From Quadrisphaera sp. RL12-1S (GTDB taxonomy: Bacteria > Actinomycetota > Actinomycetes > Actinomycetales > Quadrisphaeraceae), in NCBI RefSeq assembly GCF_014270065.1, contig NZ_JACNME010000007.1, forward strand, positions 56,300 to 80,299: a stretch of 24,000 nt of DNA. Reading direction: 5' to 3'. A program made the position numbers and the translations under genes. The notes below the pieces were generated by a model. It saw only the letters and a list, made by a program, of their open reading frames with translations. It was not told where the DNA came from and made no database searches. Positions 1-10,834 of the stretch are shown piece after piece; within the stretch, counting starts at the first letter, position 1; every line of letters begins with the position of its first letter.

Positions 1-542
1 CGGCGCAGGCACGTCAGGGCCGGCAGCGGCACGGTGACCACGCCCCGCACCGACCCCGGGCGGCGGGCCTCGTCGACCGCGTGACGGGCCAGGTCGAGGT
101 GGTCGGCCCCCACGCGGTCCACGGTTCCCGTGAGCACCCCGCCGGCATCCCCTCGCAGCCAGATGCGCACCGCTGAGCGGTCGCGCGCCACACCCCGCAG
201 GACGGAGGCCAGGCCCAGTCGCCGCTCGACGGCACCGGGGGGCGCCGCCAGCGAGCGGGTCAGACCGTCGAGCAGGAGCACGGCGGCCGTCGGCACCAGC
301 GCCTCCCCCGCCGGATCCTCCACGAGCAGCCAGTCGGGCCCGGCGCCCCGCAGGACGCCGTCCACCGCCTCGCCACCCGCCAGGCGCAGCGCGACGCGCT
401 GACCCAGGGCGGCTCGCAGCCGGTCGCGCAGCTCCACGCTCGCGACCTCAGCGCGCACGCGCTCGGCGTGCATGGCGCTGACGTCGTCGTCGGCGGCGTC
501 GAGCTGGGCCTCCAGGTCGGCGAACAGAGCGTCCCAGCGCAT
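1..542 (-). CDS. conserved hypothetical protein, N-terminal part (gene runs off the left edge)
   Basis: Absent from the ORF track because no stop lies inside the window. The reverse frame from ATG (542-540) reads MRWDALFADLEAQLDAADDDVSAMHAERVRAEVASVELRDRLRAALGQRVALRLAGGEAVDGVLRGAGPDWLLVEDPAGEALVP... It stays open to position 1 with near-uniform G/C at codon position 3. An alternative in-frame ATG lies at 641-639. Confidence 0.6.
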   Translation of the reverse strand, partial: MRWDALFADLEAQLDAADDDVSAMHAERVRAEVASVELRDRLRAALGQRVALRLAGGEAVDGVLRGAGPDWLLVEDPAGEALVPTAAVLLLDGLTRSLAAPPGAVERRLGLASVLRGVARDRSAVRIWLRGDAGGVLTGTVDRVGADHLDLARHAVDEARRPGSVRGVVTVPLPALTCLR

Positions 543-683
543 GAGCACACGGTAGGGGCGTTGCTCCCTGCAGCTGCCGGCATCCACAGGCCGGGCGTCG
601 GGACCCACCCGAGCCACCGCGGTCGTGCATGATCCGCGCATGCCATCAAGCGACAGCAAACTGCATCAAACGCAGGCAAGCGC

Positions 684-1457
684 ATGAGAAGAGCGGGATC
701 CTGGACCGGGCCGCTGCTGACCGCCTCGGCCACCGCGGCCCTGGGGTCCGCTGGCGCCCTCCTCGCCGCGGGTGCCGTGCGCGACCTCGGACGCACCCCC
801 GCTGACGTGGACTCCGTGGTGGCCGCGCTCGCCGGACTGGCCCTCGGCGTGCTGCTGCTCGTGTGGTGCGCTGGCGCCGCGGCCACCGTCGGCGCCGCCC
901 TGGTCGGCACCGCCAGCACGGCGGGCACTGCGCTGAGGGCCGTCGCCGGCGCGACCACGCCGCTCCTGCTCCGCCGACTGCTCGCGGCAGCGCTCGGCGC
1001 GGCGGTGCTCGGCGGCGTGACCGGTCCCGCCCTCGCCGCCGTCCCCCCGGCCGCCAGCACAGCGCCGACCGCCGCCGGCCTCACGTGGCCCGCGGCCCCG
1101 GCACCCGCCACCGCGCCAGCCACCGCGCCGACCACCGCGCCGACCACGCCGGCGTCGTCCCCTCCAGCTCCGGCCACGACGACGAAGCCGACGACGACTA
1201 CAGCGACGGCGACGGCGACGGCGAGCGAGCCGGCTCGCGCGACGGGCCCGTCCGGGCAGCGCGACCAGCCGGGCCGCACCGAGGTGGTGGTGCGCGCGGG
1301 CGACACGCTCTGGTCCATCGCCGCCGGCCACCTGCCCGCCGGCAGCACGCGCGCCGCCGTCGCGGCGGCGTGGCCGCGGTGGTACGCCGCGAACCGGGCG
1401 GTCATCGGTGCCGACCCGGACCACCTGCGTCCCGGGCAGCGGCTGGTGGCACCGTGA
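684..1457 (+). CDS. LysM peptidoglycan-binding domain protein with hydrophobic N-terminus and Pro/Thr/Ala-rich linker
   Basis: ORF 684..1457. The C-terminus carries a LysM-type motif (VVVRAGDTLWSIAAGHL...WYAANRAVIGADPDHLRPGQRLV). The N-terminal half has Ala/Leu-rich hydrophobic stretches. The central linker is low complexity (ATAPATAPTTAPTTPASSPPAPATTTKPTTTTATATATA). Confidence 0.8.
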   Translation: MRRAGSWTGPLLTASATAALGSAGALLAAGAVRDLGRTPADVDSVVAALAGLALGVLLLVWCAGAAATVGAALVGTASTAGTALRAVAGATTPLLLRRLLAAALGAAVLGGVTGPALAAVPPAASTAPTAAGLTWPAAPAPATAPATAPTTAPTTPASSPPAPATTTKPTTTTATATATASEPARATGPSGQRDQPGRTEVVVRAGDTLWSIAAGHLPAGSTRAAVAAAWPRWYAANRAVIGADPDHLRPGQRLVAP

Positions 1458-2026
1458 GCGCGACCAGCGCGGCGAGCACCGCGCCTCCCGCACCTCCCGC
1501 AGCCCCCGCACCCGCCGCTCCGCCCGTGCTGCGCGTCGTCCCGGCGCCGCGCTCGGAGCCGAAGGCCCTCGGGGCGCCGGTCGAACGGCGTCGTCCTCCG
1601 GTCATCGCCCTGCAGGGGGTGCTGCCGCTCGTGCTCGACGGCAGGCTGCCGCGGGGGGTCGACCCCGCCGTCGCTCCGCGCCCGACGGCGTCCTCCTCCC
1701 TGCCCGACCCCGAGCCCCTGTGCGGGGGCCTGGTGGTGGCGGCCGTCGAGGTGCTCGCGGGGGCCCGCCCCGCGGCCCAGCTCCTGCGCTGGCTGACCGC
1801 CGACGTCTACGCCGGTCTGCAGCAGCGCGCGGCGCTGACGCAGCGGGTGCACGGGAGGCGCCGCCACACCCGCGCCGTCGTCCGCCGGGTCCTCGCCAGC
1901 TCCCCGCGCGACGGGGTCGTGGAGGCAGCTGTGGTGGTGCGGGACGGGGAGCGGGTGCGCGCAGCAGCGCTGCGGCTGGAGGGCGTGGACGGGCGCTGGC
2001 GCGTCACCGCCCTCCAGATCGGCTGA
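1454..2026 (+). CDS. Rv3235-family conserved actinobacterial protein
   Basis: GTG at 1454 overlaps the LysM stop (GTGA, 4-nt overlap) in the frame of ORF 863..2026. The Pro/Ala-rich N-terminus is followed by a conserved-looking core (LPDPEPLCGGLVVAAVEVLAGARPAAQLLRWLTADVYAGLQQRAAL...RWRVTALQIG). The family assignment is from memory of the Rv3235 family, not a search. Confidence 0.65.
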   Translation: MSATSAASTAPPAPPAAPAPAAPPVLRVVPAPRSEPKALGAPVERRRPPVIALQGVLPLVLDGRLPRGVDPAVAPRPTASSSLPDPEPLCGGLVVAAVEVLAGARPAAQLLRWLTADVYAGLQQRAALTQRVHGRRRHTRAVVRRVLASSPRDGVVEAAVVVRDGERVRAAALRLEGVDGRWRVTALQIG

Positions 2027-2041
2027 GGATCCAGCCGATCT
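2016..2041. terminator. perfect 10-bp stem hairpin between convergent Rv3235-like gene and secA
   Basis: AGATCGGCTG (2016-2025), loop AGGATC, CAGCCGATCT (2032-2041). The left arm includes the TGA stop at 2024-2026, and the secA stop is 38 nt away on the other strand. There is no U-tract, which is usual for high-G+C actinobacteria. Confidence 0.5.
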
Positions 2042-2078
2042 CGAGGGGGGTGCCCGCGAGCGGTGCGGACGAGCCCGG

Positions 2079-4775
<2,697 letters not shown>

Positions 4776-4898
4776 GGTCCCTCCCCGCTTCCTTCTTCTC
4801 CACTCGCACAGCACCCGAAAGGGTCTTGCCATCGTAGGCGCGGGCCAGGTCGCGCAGGCCCACTTGCCCAGGAGGCTCCCAGGGCACACTGTGCCGCC

Positions 4899-6095
4899 GT
4901 GGCCGGGAGCGATCGCGAGGAGCCGGCGCCGGCCGGGCCCGTGCTGCGGGAGCGGGACGTGCTCGTGCGGCGCGAGTCCCCCGCGGACTCCCCCGCGGTG
5001 GCCGCTCTGCTGGAGGACCGGGACGTGCGGCGCTGGCTGCCCGACCTGGCGCTGTCGACGGAGCCCGGGGCCGCCGGGCCGCTGGGAGTGCCCGGGGTGC
5101 GGCCCGCGGGGCCGGCCCACCGGCTGGTGGTGGAGGTCCGCGGCGGGTTCGCCGGGCTGGTGCTGCTCACCGAGGACGGCGAGGGCGGCGGCTGGCTGAC
5201 CTGCGCCGCCCCCCCGGCGGCCCGTGGCCGCGGGACCACGGCCCGGGCGGTGAGGCTCGCGCTCACGTGGGCGTTCGTCGAGCTCGGCCTGCAGGCGGTG
5301 CACTGGAGCGTCGAGGCCGGCGCGTGGCCGGCGCGGCGGCTGGCGTGGGCGTGCGGCAGCGGCGTCGACGGCACCGTGGGGTCCCTGCTGCCGGTCCGCG
5401 GCGACCGCCGCGACGCCTGGGTCGGCACGTGGCGCTGGGACTCCTCCCTGCAGCGCGCGGACCGCTGGCTCAGCCCGGTGGAGCTGGTGGGGGGCGGCGT
5501 GCGGCTGGGCCCCCACCTGGTCGGCGACGTGCAGCGGGTGGCCCAGGCGTGCTCCGCGGCGTCCACCCAGGCGTGGCTGCCGTCGCTGCCCTCGCCGTAC
5601 ACGGTCCTCGACGCGGCCAGCTGGATCGCGGGGCGCGAGGAGGAGCAGGCCCGGGGCGCGGGCGTCTTCTGGGCCGTGCGCGCTGACAGCGCCGACAGCG
5701 CTGAGGACGACGACGACGACGGCGGCGGCGCGGTCGACGGGCCGCTCATCGCCGAGGTGGGGCTCTTCACGCTCGGGGACGGCGTGCGCAGCGGCGAGGT
5801 CGGGTACTGGTGCCACCCCGACGCTCGGGGGCGGGGCGTCACGACGGCCGCGGTCAGGCTGGTCGTCCGGCACGCCCTCGCGCCCACCGCCACCGGCGGG
5901 CTGGGTCTCGAGCGGGTGGTCGTCCGGGTGGCCAGCCGCAACGCCGCCAGCCGGCGGGTCGCGGAGAAGGCCGGCTTCCGCGAGGTGGGCGTCGACAGGG
6001 CGGCGGAGCGGCTGCGCGACGGCACCCTTGACGACTTCGTCCGCTACGACCTCCTCGCGGGTGAGGAGCAGGGCCCGCGCCGTCCGGGCGGCTGA
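4899..6095 (+). CDS. tandem GNAT-domain N-acetyltransferase (RimJ/RimL-like)
   Basis: This is the 3' third of ORF 2445..6095; the rest of that ORF is antisense shadow of secA. It holds two acetyltransferase-like halves. The second half has the acetyl-CoA motif region ([18 protein letters not shown]...[20 protein letters not shown]). The first half has [31 protein letters not shown]. The start is set at the first in-frame GTG (4899) after the divergent secA start and is uncertain. Confidence 0.7.
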   Translation: MAGSDREEPAPAGPVLRERDVLVRRESPADSPAVAALLEDRDVRRWLPDLALSTEPGAAGPLGVPGVRPAGPAHRLVVEVRGGFAGLVLLTEDGEGGGWLTCAAPPAARGRGTTARAVRLALTWAFVELGLQAVHWSVEAGAWPARRLAWACGSGVDGTVGSLLPVRGDRRDAWVGTWRWDSSLQRADRWLSPVELVGGGVRLGPHLVGDVQRVAQACSAASTQAWLPSLPSPYTVLDAASWIAGREEEQARGAGVFWAVRADSADSAEDDDDDGGGAVDGPLIAEVGLFTLGDGVRSGEVGYWCHPDARGRGVTTAAVRLVVRHALAPTATGGLGLERVVVRVASRNAASRRVAEKAGFREVGVDRAAERLRDGTLDDFVRYDLLAGEEQGPRRPGG

Positions 6096-6113
6096 CGGAG
6101 CCGCGCTCCGGAG

Positions 6114-6527
6114 GTGCCGCGGGCGGGAGCGCTCCACACTGGCCCGATGACCGAGCCGACCAGCGCGTCCGCGCCCCTCGCCTCACCCGGTGACCCGTCG
6201 CTGCGCCGGGTCCACGTCGTGGTGGACCTGCAGGCACCCCCGGACGGCGCCGCGGGTGGGCTCGAGGGGGTGGCAGAGGCCGTGGCCGCCCGGCTGCCGT
6301 GGGGCCGGCTCCCCGCCATGACCGACAGCGCCTCGCGCGCCGGCGCCGTGGTGGCCGCCGACGACAGCCGCTCGCTGGAGGTCGTCCTCCTCCTGGAGGC
6401 CAGCACGGACCAGGAGGCCGAGGAGGAAGCCGTCTCGGTGGTGCGCGAGGCCCTGGGCGGGGCCGGCCTGGACGAGGAGTCGGCGACCCCCAGCCAGGTC
6501 GTCGTGAGGGACGCCTACCTGCCCTGA
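6114..6527 (+). CDS. small acidic hypothetical protein
   Basis: ORF 6114..6527 has strong G/C3 bias in this frame. There is no recognisable domain. GTG 6114 sits directly after GGAGG; an alternative ATG start lies at 6147 (MTEPTSAS...). Confidence 0.5.
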   Translation: MPRAGALHTGPMTEPTSASAPLASPGDPSLRRVHVVVDLQAPPDGAAGGLEGVAEAVAARLPWGRLPAMTDSASRAGAVVAADDSRSLEVVLLLEASTDQEAEEEAVSVVREALGGAGLDEESATPSQVVVRDAYLP

Positions 6528-6529
6528 CG

Positions 6530-7816
6530 TCACGGGACGCGCCGCCGCACCGCCGCGCGGAGGTCCTCGGCGAGGTCACCGCGCGGTGCGACCTCGACGT
6601 CGCCCAGGCCGAGCCACGCGGCCATCGACGCCAGCTCCGCGGCGAGCTCGGAAGCGGTCTCCGGCGGTGCCCACGCCTCGCGGTGGGACGCGAGCACCAC
6701 GAGGACGCCGCGGGCGCGGTCGGCCTTGAGGTCCACCCGGCCCACCACCGCGTCGCCCAGCAGGAACGGCAGCACGTAGTAGCCGTGCACGCGCTGCTCG
6801 GCGGGCGTGTAGACCTCCAGGCGCACCCGCACTCCGAACAGCTCCTCGGTGCGCGGGCGGAAGAACACGAGGGAGTCGAACGGCGAGAGCAGCGCCCGTG
6901 CGGCCGCGCGCCGCGGGCGGGGCGCGTCCGCCCACCGGTAGGCGGGCCTCCCCCAGCCGGCCACCTCGACCGGCACGAGGGTGCCGGCCTCGACCAGCTC
7001 GGCCACGGCACGGCGGCTCGGCTCGGGCTTGAGGCGGAAGTAGTCGCGCAGTGCGGGCTCGTCGGCCACGCCGAGCGCCCGCGCCGAGACCTCCACCAGC
7101 CCCCGGACCGCGTCGGCCTCGTCGGGGTCCGGGGCGGCGGCCACCTCGGGCGGAAGCACCCGCTCGGTGAGGTCGTAGCGGCGCTCGAAGGACGCCGTGC
7201 GCCCGGCGGCGGTCAGCTCACCGGTGAAGAAGAGGTGCTCGCAGGCGCGCTTGACCGCGCTCCAGTTCCAGCCCCAGTGGTCGCGGGCGCGCGGGGCGTC
7301 GTGGGCCAGGGCCGCCTCGAGCTCCCGGGCGGTCTGGGCACCACCGGCGGTGACCTCGGCGCGCACCGCCTCGACGACCCCGGGGTGCTCGGTGACCACG
7401 CTGCGCACGCTGCCCCACGCGTCGGAGGCCGCGCGGGCCATCCGCCACCGGAGCAGGCGGTGGGTGGACGGCGGCACGTAGCTGGCCTCGTGCGCCCAGT
7501 ACTCGACGAGGCGGCGGGGGCTGCTCTCGGCGGCCCGGCGCAGCAGCTCGGGGTCGTACGGGCCGAGGCGGCTGAACAGCGGGAGCGTGTGGCTGCGGGC
7601 GAGCACCTGGATGGAGTCGATCTGCAGCAGCCCCACGGCGTCGACCACCCGCTGGAGGTGCCGCGTGGTGGGAGCCCCCTCGGGGCGGGCCGCCGCGAGG
7701 CCCTGGGCCGCGATGGCCGTGCGGCGGGCCTGCGCCGCCGTCCAGCGCTCGGTGGGGACCGGGAGGGGGCCTGCTGCCGCGCGCACGCTCACCCCGGCGA
7801 GACTGCCAGCGACCAC
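6530..7816 (-). CDS. winged-helix DNA glycosylase of the YcaQ/AlkZ-like (interstrand-crosslink repair) family
   Basis: ORF 6530..7816 (GTG start). The N-terminal region AIAAQGL...LQRVVDAVGLLQIDSIQVLARSHTLPLFSRLGPYDPELL...LVEYWAHEASYVP matches my memory of the YcaQ family, including a Q-I-D catalytic-type motif. Confidence 0.75.
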   Translation of the reverse strand: MVAGSLAGVSVRAAAGPLPVPTERWTAAQARRTAIAAQGLAAARPEGAPTTRHLQRVVDAVGLLQIDSIQVLARSHTLPLFSRLGPYDPELLRRAAESSPRRLVEYWAHEASYVPPSTHRLLRWRMARAASDAWGSVRSVVTEHPGVVEAVRAEVTAGGAQTARELEAALAHDAPRARDHWGWNWSAVKRACEHLFFTGELTAAGRTASFERRYDLTERVLPPEVAAAPDPDEADAVRGLVEVSARALGVADEPALRDYFRLKPEPSRRAVAELVEAGTLVPVEVAGWGRPAYRWADAPRPRRAAARALLSPFDSLVFFRPRTEELFGVRVRLEVYTPAEQRVHGYYVLPFLLGDAVVGRVDLKADRARGVLVVLASHREAWAPPETASELAAELASMAAWLGLGDVEVAPRGDLAEDLRAAVRRRVP

Positions 7817-7867
7817 CGACGGCCCGCCGGCCCGGGTGCCCCGGCCCCGCGGCCCCGCGGCCCCGGG

Positions 7868-8641
7868 TCAGCTGAACTCGATCATGCCTTCCTTGACGGC
7901 GTACATGACCGCCTCCATGCGCGAGTGCAGCTGCAGCTTCTCCAGGATGTTGCGCACGTGGTTCTTCACGGTGTTCTCGCTGATGAAGAGCTCAGCGGCG
8001 ATGTCCCGGTTGCCCATCCCGCGGGCGACGAGCCCCAGCACCTGCACCTCGCGGTCCGTGAGCCGCGGCACCGGCATCGAGGGGCGGGCCTCGCTGGCGC
8101 GCGAGAGCGCCGCGAACTCCGACAGCAGCGCCCCGGCCATGGACGGGCTGATGAGGGACTGACCGCCCATCACGGCGCGCAGCCCGTCGGCGATGTCCTC
8201 GCCGGGCACGTCCTTGAGCAGGTAGCCGTTGGCGCCGGCGCGGACGGCCTCGAAGAGGTCGGCCTCCTCGTCGCTCATCGTCAGCATGATGATCTTCGTG
8301 GAGGGAGCGACGGCCTTGATGGCCGAGCAGGCCTCGGTGCCGGAGCGCCGCGGCATGCGCAGGTCCATGAGCACGATGTCGGGCAGCAGCGCCCGGGCCT
8401 TGGTGATCGCCTCGAGACCGTCCCCGGCCTCACCGACGATGTCGATGTCGTCCTCGGTGTCGAGGACCATCTCCAGGCCGCGGCGGTACAGCGCGTGGTC
8501 GTCGGCCATGAGCACGCGGATGGTGTCGCCGGGCACGTAGGTGGACCGCACGTCGATCGCGTCACCCGCCGCGCCGCCTGCGACCTCGGCGCTCTTGCCA
8601 GACCCCGTCACCCGTCGTCCCCCGCTCACGCCTGCCGCCAC
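7868..8641 (-). CDS. NarL/FixJ (LuxR-type) response regulator, no adjacent kinase
   Basis: Receiver domain: IRVLMADDH...DIVLMDLRMP...IIMLT...GANGYLLKD. C-terminal LuxR helix-turn-helix: LTDREVQVLGLVARGMGNRDIAAELFISENTVKNHVRNILEKLQLHSRMEAV. The start is uncertain: GTG at 8641 (preceded by GGCGGGGG), or internal GTGs at 8554 or 8536 just before the receiver domain. Confidence 0.85.
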   Translation of the reverse strand: MAAGVSGGRRVTGSGKSAEVAGGAAGDAIDVRSTYVPGDTIRVLMADDHALYRRGLEMVLDTEDDIDIVGEAGDGLEAITKARALLPDIVLMDLRMPRRSGTEACSAIKAVAPSTKIIMLTMSDEEADLFEAVRAGANGYLLKDVPGEDIADGLRAVMGGQSLISPSMAGALLSEFAALSRASEARPSMPVPRLTDREVQVLGLVARGMGNRDIAAELFISENTVKNHVRNILEKLQLHSRMEAVMYAVKEGMIEFS

Positions 8642-8844
8642 CGGTGCCCCCGCCGTCGGGAAGACCGACGCCCGGGCCCGGATCGCGCGGTGCTCGCGCG
8701 TCGCTCGGCCCCCAGCATCGTGCCAGCCGTAACCTCCAGACCCGGGCGACTCGCCGACATCCGGTGCCGAACCGGTGGAAATCCGCCCGATCCGGGCGAT
8801 CCGGGCGGCTCGCGCCGGCCCGGTCGCGCCGCGGGCGAGGCACC

Positions 8845-8886
8845 GGGGCGGGCGCCTGCTGGGTCCGAGGGACCGGCGCCCGCCCC
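8845..8886 (-). terminator. hpf terminator hairpin
   Basis: GGGGCGGGCGCC (8845-8856) pairs perfectly with GGCGCCCGCCCC (8875-8886). An inner GGTCC/GGACC stem caps a GAG loop. The hairpin lies 8 nt downstream of the hpf stop on the minus strand. Confidence 0.55.
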
Positions 8887-8893
8887 GACGGCC

Positions 8894-9658
8894 TCAGCTG
8901 GCGCCGGCCCCCGCGGCCACCGGCTCGCGGCGCTCCGCGGCGGCGTCCTGCGCCGGCTCGGAGGCGGTGCCGTCGTCAGCGGTCTCGCCCTCCCCGGCGA
9001 GCCTGAGCACGCCGTAGCTCCAGCCGCGGCGTCGGTAGACGACGCTGGGCCGTCCGCTCTCGGCGTCGACGAAGAGGTAGAAGTCGTGCCCGACGAGCTC
9101 CATCTGCTCCAGGGCCGCCTCGAGGCTCATCGGCGTGGCCGGGTGCACCTTGTCGCGGATGACGACGGGTGACTCCCCCAGCACCCACTCGCCGTCCTGG
9201 ACCTGCGGCGCCTGGCCGCGGTGCACGTGGTCGTCCAGGGCGAGCGGCACCGCGTCGGCCTCGGCGACGGCGTCCGCGGGTGCCGGGCCGGCACCCGCGG
9301 GCTCCACCACCGGCTCCGCGCTCCCCCGCGCGTGGTGGCCGGCGTGCCCGTTCTTGTGGACCTTCTTGCGGTCGCTCGCCCGTCGCAGCCGCTCCATGAG
9401 CTTCGTGGTGGCCATGTCGAGGGCCGCGTAGGCGTCTCCAGCGCACGCCTCGGCGCGCACGACCGGCCCAGGACCGCGAAGGGTCAGCTCGATGCGCTCG
9501 CAGCGCTCCGACTGCCTCTTGTTGGCCTCGTGGCTGACGGCGACCTCGATGCGCTGCACCTTGGGCGCGAGCTGCTCGACCTTCGCGAGCTTCTCGTCCA
9601 GGTGACGGCGGAACCGTCCGGGCACCTCGGTGTGCCGAGCGGTGACCACGATCTCCAC
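8894..9658 (-). CDS. hpf: ribosome hibernation promoting factor, long form (S30AE family)
   Basis: Internal start within ORF 8894..9940. GTG at 9658 is preceded by GGAGGAGAG and gives (M)EIVVTARHTEVPGRFRRHLDEKLAKVEQLAPKVQRIEVAVSHEAN..., typical of the HPF N-terminal domain. The C-terminal dimerisation domain is VIRDKVHPATPMSLEAALEQMELVGHDFYLFVDAESGRPSVVYRRRGWSYGVL. Confidence 0.9.
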   Translation of the reverse strand: MEIVVTARHTEVPGRFRRHLDEKLAKVEQLAPKVQRIEVAVSHEANKRQSERCERIELTLRGPGPVVRAEACAGDAYAALDMATTKLMERLRRASDRKKVHKNGHAGHHARGSAEPVVEPAGAGPAPADAVAEADAVPLALDDHVHRGQAPQVQDGEWVLGESPVVIRDKVHPATPMSLEAALEQMELVGHDFYLFVDAESGRPSVVYRRRGWSYGVLRLAGEGETADDGTASEPAQDAAAERREPVAAGAGAS

Positions 9659-9936
9659 GATGTCTCTCCTCCGATGCTGCAGGGGGACGGATGGCGGTCC
9701 GGGGCTCCGCGCCGGCTCCAGGGGTGAGCCGCGCCGGACAGCCGGGACCGGGAGTGCGCGCCGCGCGGAAGGCACGAGCATCAGACGCTCTGCACGGCGC
9801 TCAGGACGACGGCGACCACCCCCTCGCGACGGCGGCGGGGGGCGCCCAGCGCTCGGCTCCACCACGGGGCGGACGGCGAGGGGGCTGCCATGGACCGACG
9901 CTAGTGGGCCCCTCCGGCTGTGACCAGTCCCGGACG

Positions 9937-10791
9937 TCATCCGTCACCCGGCTCGCCGTCGCCACGCCGCTGGGCGGCCGCCAGCACCGCCGCCGCCACC
10001 ACCGGGGCGCCCGCCGCCCGGAGCGCCCGCGCCGCCTCGGCCAGGGTGGCCCCGGTGGTGACCACGTCGTCGACGACGACGACGGGCCCGACCGCCCCCG
10101 CGCCGGGCGGCGCCCCGCGCACCGGGACCGCCCAGGCGGCCGGGCCGTCCACCACGAGGGCGCGCGCGAGGTTGCCCGCGCGCCCGGAGGCGTCCAGGCC
10201 CGCCTGGTCGCGCAGCCGGCGCGACGGGCGCAGCACGGGCGCCACCACCACCGGCACGCCGCGACGGCGGAGCTCGCGCGCCGTCGAGACCGCGAGGCCC
10301 GCGACCACGTCGCGTCCGCGCCGCCGCACCGCCCGGCCCCCTGACGGCACCGGTACGATCAGGACCGGCGCACCCGCGTGCCCGCGCCCGCCGGGGGACG
10401 CCCTGGTCGCTCCGGCAGGAGCGGGCGGAGCGGCCAGGCGCTCGGTCTGCTCCAGGGCCGCGAGCACCGAGCCCGTGAGCGCCGGGACCAGCCAGCGGTC
10501 CAGGTCGGCCCGGTCACGGTCCTTCCAGGCCACCACCACCCGGCGCACCGCACCCTCGTAGGCCGCGGCGGCCCAGGTCGGCGGGGCTCCGCGCACCGTG
10601 GTGCCGGCCAGCGCCGCGGGCAGCCCGCCGCCGCGCACCGCCGCGGCGCAGGGCCGGCACAGCGGCTCGTCGGCGGCCCCGCAGCCGGCGCACACGGCGG
10701 GCCAGACCACCGCTGCGAGCGCTCGCAGCGGGCCCGGCGGCCGCCGGGGGCGATGCGGGACCGGCCTCGTGCTGGGTGCCACGGCAGCCAC
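9937..10791 (-). CDS. ComF-family phosphoribosyltransferase-like protein
   Basis: The N-terminus has a CxxC...CxxC pair (CAGCGAADEPLCRPC). The C-terminus has a PRTase motif (VVVVDDVVTTGATLAEAARAL). The synteny hpf-comF-lpqB is as in other actinobacteria. Confidence 0.8.
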   Translation of the reverse strand: MAAVAPSTRPVPHRPRRPPGPLRALAAVVWPAVCAGCGAADEPLCRPCAAAVRGGGLPAALAGTTVRGAPPTWAAAAYEGAVRRVVVAWKDRDRADLDRWLVPALTGSVLAALEQTERLAAPPAPAGATRASPGGRGHAGAPVLIVPVPSGGRAVRRRGRDVVAGLAVSTARELRRRGVPVVVAPVLRPSRRLRDQAGLDASGRAGNLARALVVDGPAAWAVPVRGAPPGAGAVGPVVVVDDVVTTGATLAEAARALRAAGAPVVAAAVLAAAQRRGDGEPGDG

Positions 10792-10834
10792 CCTGGCCCG
10801 GGGGCGGCGTGCGCCGGTGTCCGTCGGAGGTGCT

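Noticed and set aside
543-683. Possible c-di-AMP (ydaO-type) riboswitch upstream of the LysM gene, prompted by GGGACCCACCCGAGCC
   Set aside because: The spacer is only 141 bp and must also hold two divergent promoters. I cannot reconstruct the pseudo-symmetric ydaO fold by eye. An Infernal scan against Rfam would be needed, and I do not claim the riboswitch.
260-1867. 535-aa minus-strand ORF covering the LysM and Rv3235-like genes
   Set aside because: The translation is Arg/Gly/Pro/Ala-rich low complexity, typical of an antisense shadow frame in very high-G+C DNA. The opposite-strand genes have recognisable domains and proper G/C3 bias.
4811-4826. Small stem with a GAAA loop (CACCC GAAA GGGT) in the secA 5' leader, and a TACGAT -10-like hexamer at 4836-4831 (minus strand)
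   Set aside because: The stem is only 4 bp, and there is no matching -35 element. This is too weak to call a structure or a promoter without TSS data.
4776-6137. Upstream extension of the secA ORF to 1352 aa
   Set aside because: SecA homology begins at [15 protein letters not shown] (GTG 4775, with an upstream GGAGG). The extension is antisense to the GNAT gene and reads as shadow-frame sequence.
7843-7866. 8-bp tandem GGCCCCGC x3 between the response-regulator stop and the YcaQ-like start
   Set aside because: It is real as a repeat but very short, forms no convincing hairpin, and is compositionally typical of this genome. It is not interpretable.
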